NCBI GenBank assembly: GCA_046715035.1 | Contig: JBKJZR010000168.1 | Span: 1-43,876, forward strand | DNA: 43,876 nucleotides | Direction of reading: 5' to 3' | Source: Burkholderiales bacterium | GTDB lineage: Bacteria > Pseudomonadota > Gammaproteobacteria > Burkholderiales > SG8-41 | Part shown: piece after piece, positions 9,292-17,802 of the stretch | How positions within the stretch are numbered: the stretch's first letter is position 1 | Layout of the letters: every line of letters begins with the position of its first letter | Notes under the pieces: generated by a model | What the model was told of the DNA's origin: nothing | Databases searched by the model: none | What the model saw: the letters and a program-made list of their open reading frames with translations, nothing else | Translations under genes and position numbers: made by a program

Positions 9292-10735
9292 GCGCGCTTT
9301 CGCCACGCGTCGTCCAGCTGCCCCCCAGCGCTTTGAAAAGATCGGCGATCGCGGCGCGTTGGGTACGCAGCGCGTCGATGCGGTTTTGCTCCGCTGCGAG
9401 CAGGTTGCGTTCGGCATCGAGCACGTCGAGTTGGCCCGCCAGCCCATTGTCGTAGCGCAGCTTCGCGAGGCGCAGCGTTTCGCGCAGTGCCGTCACGCGC
9501 TGCGTTTCAGCCGCGAGCCGCGCGCGGGCAGTGACCTGCGCCGCCAATGCGTCGCGAACCTCGCGAAACGCGTTCTGGATCGCACCTTGGTACTGCGCGA
9601 GCGCCTGCCGCTCGCGCGCGGTCGCGCCCTCGACCTGCGAGTCGATGCGCGCCCCGCCGAATAGCGGCTGGGCCAGCGCGATCGCGAGTCCCCAGATCCC
9701 GGCCGGCCCCGTGAACAGGCTGCCCAGCGCAATGCTTTCGCTGCCGAGGTAGCCCGTCAGCGAAATCGCCGGAAAGTACAGCGCCCGCGCAGCGCCGATG
9801 CGCGCATTCGCCGCGACCAGCCGTTGCTCGGCCTCGACGAGATCCGGGCGTCGCAGCAAAAGCTGCGAGGGCATATCCGACGGCACTGCGACCACGGCAG
9901 TCGCGTTCTCAGGATCTGTGCCGGCATCTACCGTGTCTTCGTATATCGCTTTGGGGCTGCGGCCCAGCAGGACGGCAAGTGTGGTCTCCTGCTGCGCGCG
10001 GCCGCGCTCGAGCACGAACAATTGCGCACGCGCGGCGGCGGCTTCCGCCTGGCGCTGGCGAAACTCGAAATCCGACAGCACGCCCAGCTCGACGCGCCGC
10101 TGCTGAATCCTCAGCGATTCGGTATACGATTCGAGCGACCTGCGCGTCGCGCCGAGCTGGTCATCGAACGCGCGCAACGCGAAATACACCTGCGCCACAT
10201 CTGCAACCAGGGTCATACGCACCGTATCGCGCGCCGACTCGGTAGCGAGCAATTCTGCGCGCGCGGCCTGGGTGGCGTTGCGTAACCGTCCCCAGAGATC
10301 GAGCTCGTACGCAACGTCGACGGTTACTCGGTAATTGCTGCTGACCGGCTCACTGCGATTCGTCGAGGATTGCGAGGTGCGGCGCGAAATACGCGATCGT
10401 GAGGCGTCCAGGTTGATAATCCCACTGGGCGTCTCCTCAGACGCTGTTCCTGCCAGAACGGCGCGCGCTTCCTCGACGCGCGCTGCGGCCACAGAGAGAT
10501 TCGCATTCTTGATGAGCGCCTCGTCGATCAACCGCTCGAGCACGGGGTCACCGTAGACCGTCCACCAGCGTGCATCCCTGACCTCGACGCCTCCCGCGGG
10601 CGCTGGAGACCACGTAGCGGGCAGTTCCATCTCGGGCCGTTGATAGGCGGGACCGAGCGAGCAACCGGCGACAACCAGCACCGTTCCCATCGCGGCCACC
10701 AGGGCTCCGCGCACCTTCGAGAGGCGCGCGCTCAT
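9248..10735 (-). CDS. RND efflux outer-membrane lipoprotein (OprM/NodT family)
   Basis: Start ATG 10735 overlaps the permease stop; lipobox VAGC; YELDLWGRLR, LLLRRPDL, LFKALGG. Confidence 0.93.
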   Translation of the reverse strand: MSARLSKVRGALVAAMGTVLVVAGCSLGPAYQRPEMELPATWSPAPAGGVEVRDARWWTVYGDPVLERLIDEALIKNANLSVAAARVEEARAVLAGTASEETPSGIINLDASRSRISRRTSQSSTNRSEPVSSNYRVTVDVAYELDLWGRLRNATQAARAELLATESARDTVRMTLVADVAQVYFALRAFDDQLGATRRSLESYTESLRIQQRRVELGVLSDFEFRQRQAEAAAARAQLFVLERGRAQQETTLAVLLGRSPKAIYEDTVDAGTDPENATAVVAVPSDMPSQLLLRRPDLVEAEQRLVAANARIGAARALYFPAISLTGYLGSESIALGSLFTGPAGIWGLAIALAQPLFGGARIDSQVEGATARERQALAQYQGAIQNAFREVRDALAAQVTARARLAAETQRVTALRETLRLAKLRYDNGLAGQLDVLDAERNLLAAEQNRIDALRTQRAAIADLFKALGGSWTTRGESALSGRSEPAPAPALR

Positions 10736-13700
10736 GTGCCACTCTCCGCGGGCGCCGCCGATGGCAACGCGTCGTGCTGGGGCGAAGGCCGGGGTTTGCG
10801 CGCGAGCAGCGCGAAAAACAGCGGTACGAAAATCGGCGCCACGAAGGTCGCGATCACCATGCCCCCGAAAACCCCCGTGCCCATGGACTGCCGCGCCGCG
10901 GCGCCGGCGCCGGTCGCAAGCACCAGCGGCAACACCCCGAACACGAATGCCAGGGAGGTCATGACGATGGGACGAAAGCGCAGGCGCGCGGCTTCGCGCG
11001 CCGCCACCGCCGCCGGCTTGCCCTGTTCCATGCCCTGCATCGCGAATTCCGCGATCAGGATCGCATTCTTGGCTGCCAGGCCAATCAGCACGATCAGGCC
11101 GATCTGAAAATAAATATCGTTGTTCATGTCGCGCAGGAACACGAACCCGAGCGCTCCCAGCAGCGCGAACGGCACCGCGAGTATCACCGCCAGCGGCACG
11201 CCCCACCGCTCGTACAATGCGGAGAGGATCAGGTAGACCATGATGATCGCGAATCCGAAAGCGAAAATCGACGCGGCTCCGGTACGCTTTTCCTGGAATG
11301 CCTGGCCCGTCCATTCGATGCTGTAGCTCTGCGGCAAGGTCGCCTTGGCGACCTCCTCGACTGCGGCGATCGCCTCGCCGGAACTGAAGCCGGGCTTGGC
11401 ATTGCCCAGCACCTTGGCAGCGATATAGGTGTTGTAGCGCTCGATCTGCTCGGGGCCGATGATGTTGTCGACCTTGATCAGCGCCTTGAGCGGAATCATG
11501 CTGTTGGTGGTCGCCGAGCGCACGTAGACGCTGCCGAGATCTTCGGGCTTGGATCGATACGGCGCATCAGCCTGGATCGTCACCCGATAGGTGCGGCCGG
11601 AGCGGTTGAAGTCGTTCACGTACAGCGAGCCCATTTGCGCCTGCAGCGCGATGAACACCTCGTTGACCGGAACCCCCAGCGCCAATGCTTTTTCGCGATC
11701 GACTTCCACGCGCAGTTGCGGCACGGTCGGGCGAAAGAACGTGTTGATACCGGTGAGCGCAGGATGCTTGTTGAGCGCAGCGACGAATTCACCGGTTACC
11801 TGGGCGAGCTTCTGCGGATCCGCTTCGGTGCGCCCCTGGACGTATACTTCGAACCCGCCTGCGGCGCCCAGACCCTGGATGGCCGGCGGATTGAACGCGA
11901 ACGCGATGCCGTCCGCCAGCATGAAGCCCTTGCCGCTCACCTCGTTCGCGAGTGCGACCGAAGTCTGCTTGCGCTGGTCCCACGGCTTCATCGGCGCGAA
12001 GATCGTCGCCGCGTTGCCTTTGTTGCCGCCGCCGATCAAATCGAAGCCGTTGACGATGAAAAAGTTCTCGATCGCCTGGTTGTCGGCCATCATCTGGCGC
12101 AACTGCTCGGTCGTTCTGCTGGTGCGCTCGAGGGTGGCGCCATCGGGCAACTGGACTGCGGCGATGATGTAGCCCTGGTCTTCAGGAGGCACGAAGCTGC
12201 CCGGGATGCGCCAGAACAGCACGCCGACGACAGCGAGCAGCGCCGCAAAGGCGATTCCCGCCAGCACACGGCGCGCCAAAGCGAGGTCGACCGCACCGAT
12301 GAAACGCCGCGTAGTCCATTCGAAGCCCCGGTTGAACCACCGGAAGGGGCGCTCCAGCCAGCCGCCCGTGTGATCGCCCTGCTTGAGCAGAATCGCGCAC
12401 AGCGCAGGCGTGAGCGTCAGTGCGGTTACTCCGGACAGGACGACCGCGATGGCGACCGTGACCGCGAACTGGCGGTAAAGCTGCCCGGCGATGCCGCCGA
12501 GGAACGCGACCGGTATGAACACCGCGCACAATGCCAGCACGATGCCGATCACCGCGCCCTGCACTTCGCGCATCGCCTCGATCGCCGCATCGAAGGGCTG
12601 CATCTTTTCCTCGCGCATCAGGCGCTCGACGTTCTCGAGCACCACGATCGCGTCGTCCACCACGATACCGATCGCCAGCACCATCGCGAACAGCGTCAGC
12701 GTGTTGATCGAGAAGCCGAACAGCCAGAGACCGGCGAAAGTGCCGATCAGCGAGACCGGCACGGCCAGCATCGGAATCAGCGTGGCGCGCCAGGTCTGCA
12801 GGAAAACGAAGACGACGAGCACGACGATCAAGGCCGCCTCGACGATCGTGTGCACGACCTCCTTGATCGAGGCGGAAACGAAGCGCGTCGTATCGTAGGG
12901 AATGCTGTAATCCACGTCGCCTGGAAAGCGCTCACGCTTCAGCTCCGCCATCTTGGCCTTGACCGCGTGGGCTACGTCGAGCGCGTTGGCGCCGGACTGG
13001 AGAAACACACCGAGCGGCATGGCGGGCTGGCCATTGATCGTGCTCGACGCGTCGTAGTTTTGCGCGCCCAGTTCGATGCGTGCGACGTCCTTGAGCTTGA
13101 GCACGCCCGAGCTGCCGCTGCCCACGCTGCCCACGTTGCCCACGTTGCCCGAACGCAGCACGATGTCGCCGAACTGCTCGGCTTCTACGAGCCGGCCACG
13201 CGCCGTAACCGTGTAGACGAGCGACTGGCCCCTGGGCGCGGGCTCGGCGCCGATCTTGCCCGCCGCATACTGCGCGTTCTGAGCGGCTATCGCGGCCTGG
13301 ATGTCTGCGGTCGTCACGCCGAGCTGCGCCATGCGGTCGGGCTTCAGCCACACGCGCATCGAATAATCGCGTGCCGCAAAATTCACGACGTCGGCAACGC
13401 CCGGGATGCGCTTGATGTCGTCGATGACGTTCAGCGTCGCGTAGTTGGACAGGAACAGTGTGTCGCGCGTGCTTTTCGGCGAGTTGAGCGAGATGACCAG
13501 CAGGAAATTCTGCGAGCGTTTCGCCACCGTGACGCCGTTGCGCCGCACTTCGTCCGGCAGGCGCGGCGTAGCCAGCTGCACGCGATTGTTGATGTTGAAA
13601 GTGGCCTTGTCGACGTCGGTGCCGATTTCGAAAGTGGCGGTGATCGTGATCAGGCCGTTCGAGGCCGAACTGGAGCTGAAGTAGAGCAGGTTTTCGACGC

Positions 13701-13911
13701 CCGAAAGCTGTTCCTCGATCGGCGCGGCCACGGTCTTGGCGAGCGTTTCGGCGGACGCCCCGGGATAGCTGGCCGTGATCGTCACGGTCGGCGGCGCGAT
13801 CTCGGGATACTGCGCAATGGGCAGAATCTTCGCGGAAACCAGGCCCGCGAGCACGATGATGATCGCAATGACGCACGCGAAAATGGGACGTTCGATGAAG
13901 AATCGGGACAT
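10732..13911 (-). CDS. RND efflux permease (AcrB/MexB/HAE1 family)
   Basis: MSRFFIERPIFA start, AIGIVVDDAIVVLENVER, GLAAKNAILI, RFRPIVMTS. Confidence 0.97.
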   Translation of the reverse strand: MSRFFIERPIFACVIAIIIVLAGLVSAKILPIAQYPEIAPPTVTITASYPGASAETLAKTVAAPIEEQLSGVENLLYFSSSSASNGLITITATFEIGTDVDKATFNINNRVQLATPRLPDEVRRNGVTVAKRSQNFLLVISLNSPKSTRDTLFLSNYATLNVIDDIKRIPGVADVVNFAARDYSMRVWLKPDRMAQLGVTTADIQAAIAAQNAQYAAGKIGAEPAPRGQSLVYTVTARGRLVEAEQFGDIVLRSGNVGNVGSVGSGSSGVLKLKDVARIELGAQNYDASSTINGQPAMPLGVFLQSGANALDVAHAVKAKMAELKRERFPGDVDYSIPYDTTRFVSASIKEVVHTIVEAALIVVLVVFVFLQTWRATLIPMLAVPVSLIGTFAGLWLFGFSINTLTLFAMVLAIGIVVDDAIVVLENVERLMREEKMQPFDAAIEAMREVQGAVIGIVLALCAVFIPVAFLGGIAGQLYRQFAVTVAIAVVLSGVTALTLTPALCAILLKQGDHTGGWLERPFRWFNRGFEWTTRRFIGAVDLALARRVLAGIAFAALLAVVGVLFWRIPGSFVPPEDQGYIIAAVQLPDGATLERTSRTTEQLRQMMADNQAIENFFIVNGFDLIGGGNKGNAATIFAPMKPWDQRKQTSVALANEVSGKGFMLADGIAFAFNPPAIQGLGAAGGFEVYVQGRTEADPQKLAQVTGEFVAALNKHPALTGINTFFRPTVPQLRVEVDREKALALGVPVNEVFIALQAQMGSLYVNDFNRSGRTYRVTIQADAPYRSKPEDLGSVYVRSATTNSMIPLKALIKVDNIIGPEQIERYNTYIAAKVLGNAKPGFSSGEAIAAVEEVAKATLPQSYSIEWTGQAFQEKRTGAASIFAFGFAIIMVYLILSALYERWGVPLAVILAVPFALLGALGFVFLRDMNNDIYFQIGLIVLIGLAAKNAILIAEFAMQGMEQGKPAAVAAREAARLRFRPIVMTSLAFVFGVLPLVLATGAGAAARQSMGTGVFGGMVIATFVAPIFVPLFFALLARKPRPSPQHDALPSAAPAESGT
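13117..13150 (-). repeat. In-frame 9-bp tandem repeat inside the RND permease gene
   Basis: GCTGCCCAC GCTGCCCAC GTTGCCCAC GTTGCCC, encoding GNVGNVGSVGS. Confidence 0.8.
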
Positions 13912-13922
13912 GGCGGGGCGCT

Positions 13923-15146
13923 TTAGCCGGCTTTTTTCGGGGGCGCCGCTGCGGGTTTGCCCGCGGGTGCGGGAGCGCCCGGTGCAGGCCCACCCGGCGC
14001 AGCCCCCGGCTGGTGCGGCTGCACCGCGGCGCCCGGACGTATCTTCAGCAGGTTGTCGACGATGACCGGGTCGCCCTCGACCAGTCCCTTGCGCACAATC
14101 CAGTTGTTGTCGGACCACGCTGTCGCCTCGACCGGGCGCATCGCGGCCTTGCCGTCGGGTCCCGCAAGCCACACGAAGCGGCCCTGTTCGCCCTGCATCA
14201 CGGCCGCATGTGGCACGAGAAACGCTTCCTCCTCGCCGGTGAGCGCCTGGACCCGCACGAACTGCCCCGGCAGCAGCCCGAAGCCCGGATTGGCAAACTC
14301 GGCGCGCAACTGCACGGTCCCGAGCCTAGGATCGACCGTCGATGCGGCGAAGTTCACCCGCCCGGTCGACGCAAACATTTTTCCATCGGGCAGCACGAGC
14401 CTGATCTGCGCTTTCTTCGCGGCACTGCGCAATTGCGCGTACTCGAATTCGGAGAAGGAAAAGCGCACCCAGATCGGGTCGATCTGGGCAACGGTCGTCA
14501 GCAGCGCGCTGTCGGTGCCGGCCGTCACCAGACTGCCCTCGGAACGCTGGGCGCGCCCCGTCACACCGCCGATGGGCGCGGTGACCGCGACATAGGACAG
14601 GTTGAGCTCGGCCTCGCGCACCTTGGCCTGGGCTGCCATCAACGCGGCTTCGGATTGCTTGAGCGTCGAAGCAGAGTCGTCGTATTCCTTCTGACTGACT
14701 GCGCGCTCCGCCGCGAGCTGCTTCATGCGCCCCGCTTCGCGCTGCGCCTGCTCGATACGCGCGTTTTCCTGCGCCAGCGAGGCCTTGACCTGATCCAGGG
14801 CTATCTCATAGGGCGCGCGATCGATGACGAACAGCACCGCGCCGGCGCGCACCGATTCGCCCTCCTGATAGAGCCGCTTTTGCACGATCCCGGAAACCCG
14901 CGCGCGCACCTCGACTTCGCGCGATCCTTCCGTCTGGCCGACCGCCTCGGTCAATGCGGGCACCCGCTGCGGCTTGGCGTGCAACACCGTGACGGGTAAC
15001 GCCATCATGCCTGGTGCGGGCCCCTTGGCCGGATTCTGGGTGCCGTCTCCGCACGCAGCGAGAAAAAACGCGGCAACGAAACCCGCCGCCAGTGCGAACG
15101 GAACAGCGGAAAAGCGGACGTGGGGCGAGCGCAAGTCGGGAACCAT
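13923..15146 (-). CDS. RND efflux periplasmic adaptor (AcrA/MexA family)
   Basis: Lipobox LAAC; EVRARVSGIV, VTAPIGGVTG, GLLPGQFVRV. Confidence 0.95.
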   Translation of the reverse strand: MVPDLRSPHVRFSAVPFALAAGFVAAFFLAACGDGTQNPAKGPAPGMMALPVTVLHAKPQRVPALTEAVGQTEGSREVEVRARVSGIVQKRLYQEGESVRAGAVLFVIDRAPYEIALDQVKASLAQENARIEQAQREAGRMKQLAAERAVSQKEYDDSASTLKQSEAALMAAQAKVREAELNLSYVAVTAPIGGVTGRAQRSEGSLVTAGTDSALLTTVAQIDPIWVRFSFSEFEYAQLRSAAKKAQIRLVLPDGKMFASTGRVNFAASTVDPRLGTVQLRAEFANPGFGLLPGQFVRVQALTGEEEAFLVPHAAVMQGEQGRFVWLAGPDGKAAMRPVEATAWSDNNWIVRKGLVEGDPVIVDNLLKIRPGAAVQPHQPGAAPGGPAPGAPAPAGKPAAAPPKKAG

Positions 15147-15276
15147 GTCAGGAGTTGTCCGTATTGGTCATTTATTGGGATCGCGGGATCGCGGGGCGTC
15201 GTACGCGGCAAACGAAGCACTGTGAGCGCTGCGCGCGGAACGGTGTGGACGAAGCGCGCTTAATCGGTTACGATTA

Positions 15277-15300
15277 TACATACATCCTTGAATGTATGTA
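15277..15300. promoter_or_regulatory. AcrR-type TetR operator palindrome
   Basis: TACATACATCCTTGAATGTATGTA, a 24-bp dyad between the divergent adaptor and tetR genes. Confidence 0.85.
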
Positions 15301-15331
15301 AAGAGGTTTGCCAAACTGATCGAAGGGACGA

Positions 15332-15994
15332 ATGGCCCGCCGCACCAAAGCAGCAGCGCAGGAAACCCGCACCCGCATCCTCGACACGGCCGAGCAGGTC
15401 TTTCTCGACAAGGGTGTCTCGCACACATCGCTCGATCACATCGCCGCAGCGGCGGGCGTGACACGCGGGGCGATCTACTGGCACTTCAAGAATAAAGCCG
15501 ATCTGTTCGGCGCCATGACGCAGCGCGTGGCGCTGCCGATGGAGGAGATCGCAGCGCGCGCCGCGGACCCTGACGCGCGCGACCCGCTCGAATCGGTGCG
15601 TGCCTGCGCGCTCAGCGTGCTCAAGCGCCTGACTTCCGATGCGCAGTGCCAGCGCGTGTTCGAGATCTGCTGCCACAAGGTCGAGTACGTGGACGACATG
15701 AGGCGGGTGCGCGCGCGTCATATCGAATGTCGCAACGCGTGCCTCAAGTACATCGAGCGCGGACTGCGCAACGCGGCAAAAAAGAAATTGCTCGCGCCGT
15801 CAGTGAACCCGCGTTTGGCAGCAATCGCTTTGCACGCGCTCGTCGACGGCCTGATCGTCAACTGGGTGCTCGACCCCAAGTATCTGAACCTCGCCTCGGC
15901 TGCCGAGCCGCTGATCGACAGCTACATCGACGGGCTGCGAACGGCGGCACGCTCCCGCCCACGCCAGTCCGGCCGCCAGCCAGCCCAAGGCTGA
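15332..15994 (+). CDS. TetR family repressor (AcrR/TtgR-like)
   Basis: MARRTKAAAQETRTRILDTA...AGVTRGAIYWHFKNKADLF; divergent from the RND operon. Confidence 0.95.
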   Translation: MARRTKAAAQETRTRILDTAEQVFLDKGVSHTSLDHIAAAAGVTRGAIYWHFKNKADLFGAMTQRVALPMEEIAARAADPDARDPLESVRACALSVLKRLTSDAQCQRVFEICCHKVEYVDDMRRVRARHIECRNACLKYIERGLRNAAKKKLLAPSVNPRLAAIALHALVDGLIVNWVLDPKYLNLASAAEPLIDSYIDGLRTAARSRPRQSGRQPAQG

Positions 15995-16212
15995 GCACGC
16001 CGCCGCGCCGTCTTAAGGGGCCGGAGCCACCGCGCGATAGTGGCCAACTGCATCAGCGCCCCTGTCCCAGCCCTGCCCGGTCAGCAAGCGTGACGCATTG
16101 CACAGCGATGTTTAATTGAATCTGGATTTGTCCTCCTTATTTGCTTAAACTGGCTGCTCGGTAATTCCACCCCTGCGCGAGCTCCCGCCTTGGAGCACAG
16201 GCTCTGCTCGAT

Positions 16213-16902
16213 ATGAAAACCGGAAGACCAGCCCTCGTTCTTGCCGCTGCACTGTTGTCGGTGACGACCGTTTGCGCGCAGGGTTTCAGTTTCTCCAGGG
16301 AGGAAGAGGCCAGAAAGGCGAAGGAGCAGGAACGCCAGCAGGCGCGCGACGAGGTGATCGCCGACCGGCTGTCGACGCCCTGCCGCGCGCAGCTCAAAGA
16401 CAAGAAGATCATGGTGATCATCGGCGAGCAGCAGTCAGGCGGCATGATTTCGGCGAATCAGCAGAACTACGGTCCGCATTTTCAGGCGATCAATCAGCGG
16501 CTGCGCGGGCTGGGCCTGAGGACGTATACGCCGGAAGAGATCCGCAGACAGATCGCGCAGGCCGAGATCGACGCCTATTTCAAGGGCAATCCCGACGCCG
16601 CGCTTTCCGCCTCGCGGCGACTCGGCGCGAGCTTTATACTGCGTGGCCTCATCACCACGCAGGCGGCGGTCAACCGCATCATCAACGTCAATGAAGTTAC
16701 CGTCGGCATGGGCTTCACGCTCGTGGACACCAGCGGCCGCATGATTTCCGACGCCTCCGCTCAGGACGGCTCGTACTCGGGCAGCGACACCCGCGCAATG
16801 GCGTCGAAATTGATCAACGAGCATGCCGACGAAGTCGTCACCAAGCTTTACAGCGACTACTGCACCAAAGCAGTGACCGCCGAGCCCAGGCGAAAAAAGT
16901 AA
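16213..16902 (+). CDS. Secreted hypothetical protein, TolB-N/CsgG/FlgT-middle-like alpha/beta fold
   Basis: Sec signal (..VTTVCA|Q); pattern KKIMVIIGE, RLGASFILRG, FTLVDTSGRMI; two Cys in the mature region. Confidence 0.7.
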   Translation: MKTGRPALVLAAALLSVTTVCAQGFSFSREEEARKAKEQERQQARDEVIADRLSTPCRAQLKDKKIMVIIGEQQSGGMISANQQNYGPHFQAINQRLRGLGLRTYTPEEIRRQIAQAEIDAYFKGNPDAALSASRRLGASFILRGLITTQAAVNRIINVNEVTVGMGFTLVDTSGRMISDASAQDGSYSGSDTRAMASKLINEHADEVVTKLYSDYCTKAVTAEPRRKK

Positions 16903-16956
16903 TCTCGCTCAGCACACGTTCGCACCGCGAGCGGCTGTCCATTAAGGAGAATCCAC

Positions 16957-17772
16957 ATGAATAATCAGTTTGCGAAGGCCACGATGATCGCTGCGACCGG
17001 CGCCCTGCTGGCATGGTCCGGCGCGACCTGCGCGCAGCCGCGCTGGGGCTCCGACAGCAGCCCCTCGCCGTCCACCTCGACTTCGCAGAAGACCAATGAA
17101 GCCGCCGATCGCGCAGTCTACAAGCCGGTCGAATACACGAACGCCAGCAAGCGTGGCCCCGCGTTGATCGTGATACCCGGTGAGATCAAAAGCAACAACG
17201 CGACGTTCACGCAGAAGTTCGGCTCCAACAACATCGCCGACTTCGCCGAGATCGAGCTCTCCAACGCGAATTTTCAGGTGCTCGAACGCACCAACCTCGG
17301 ACCACTGCTTAACGAGTTCACGCTCGCGTACAACCTGGGAGACCCTGATCAGGCCCGCAAGATGCTCGGGCGCGGCAAGCTGAAAACCACCAAGTGGGTC
17401 GTCAAGTTCGACGTCCTCAAGACCGAGCAGGTGGCCGCCGCGCAGCAGGGATTCGATGGCCGCGCGTTGGGAAATATCGTGGGCATACTCGGCGGCTCGC
17501 GCGGCGCGGCGGCCGGCGGCACTGCGGTCGGCTCGGTGCGCAATCAGGACACGAGCGGCGTATGGATCATCGGCATGCGCTACAAGATCATGAACGCGGA
17601 AACCACCGAGCAGGTAGCCCAAGGCTACACCGAGGAAAAGATGGAGGTAGGCACGACTTCCACTTCCGTGCTGGGCATCTCGTCGGCGCAGCAGGGCGGC
17701 GTTTCGCTCGACACCATGGTGCAGCGCCTGATCCAGAAGACGGTCTGGGAAATCGACAACCGCTACAAATAA
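16957..17772 (+). CDS. CsgG/HfaB-like secreted protein
   Basis: AGGAG RBS, signal peptide, ANFQVLERTNLGPLLNE, glycine-zipper-like segment, MRYKIMNAETTEQV. Confidence 0.75.
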   Translation: MNNQFAKATMIAATGALLAWSGATCAQPRWGSDSSPSPSTSTSQKTNEAADRAVYKPVEYTNASKRGPALIVIPGEIKSNNATFTQKFGSNNIADFAEIELSNANFQVLERTNLGPLLNEFTLAYNLGDPDQARKMLGRGKLKTTKWVVKFDVLKTEQVAAAQQGFDGRALGNIVGILGGSRGAAAGGTAVGSVRNQDTSGVWIIGMRYKIMNAETTEQVAQGYTEEKMEVGTTSTSVLGISSAQQGGVSLDTMVQRLIQKTVWEIDNRYK

Positions 17773-17802
17773 GGCCGGCCACGCCGGCCGACGGGAGCGT
17801 TC

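Noticed and set aside
10736-11314. Long N-terminal extensions of the outer-membrane factor (also RND, GST and cca ORFs)
   Set aside because: They overlap upstream genes; downstream starts match family N-termini and stop/start coupling.
10774-13926. 1050-aa plus-strand ORF
   Set aside because: Antisense shadow of the RND permease; typical of high-GC codon bias, no motifs. The same applies to 32558-34162, 16942-18468, 42445-43842 and similar ORFs.
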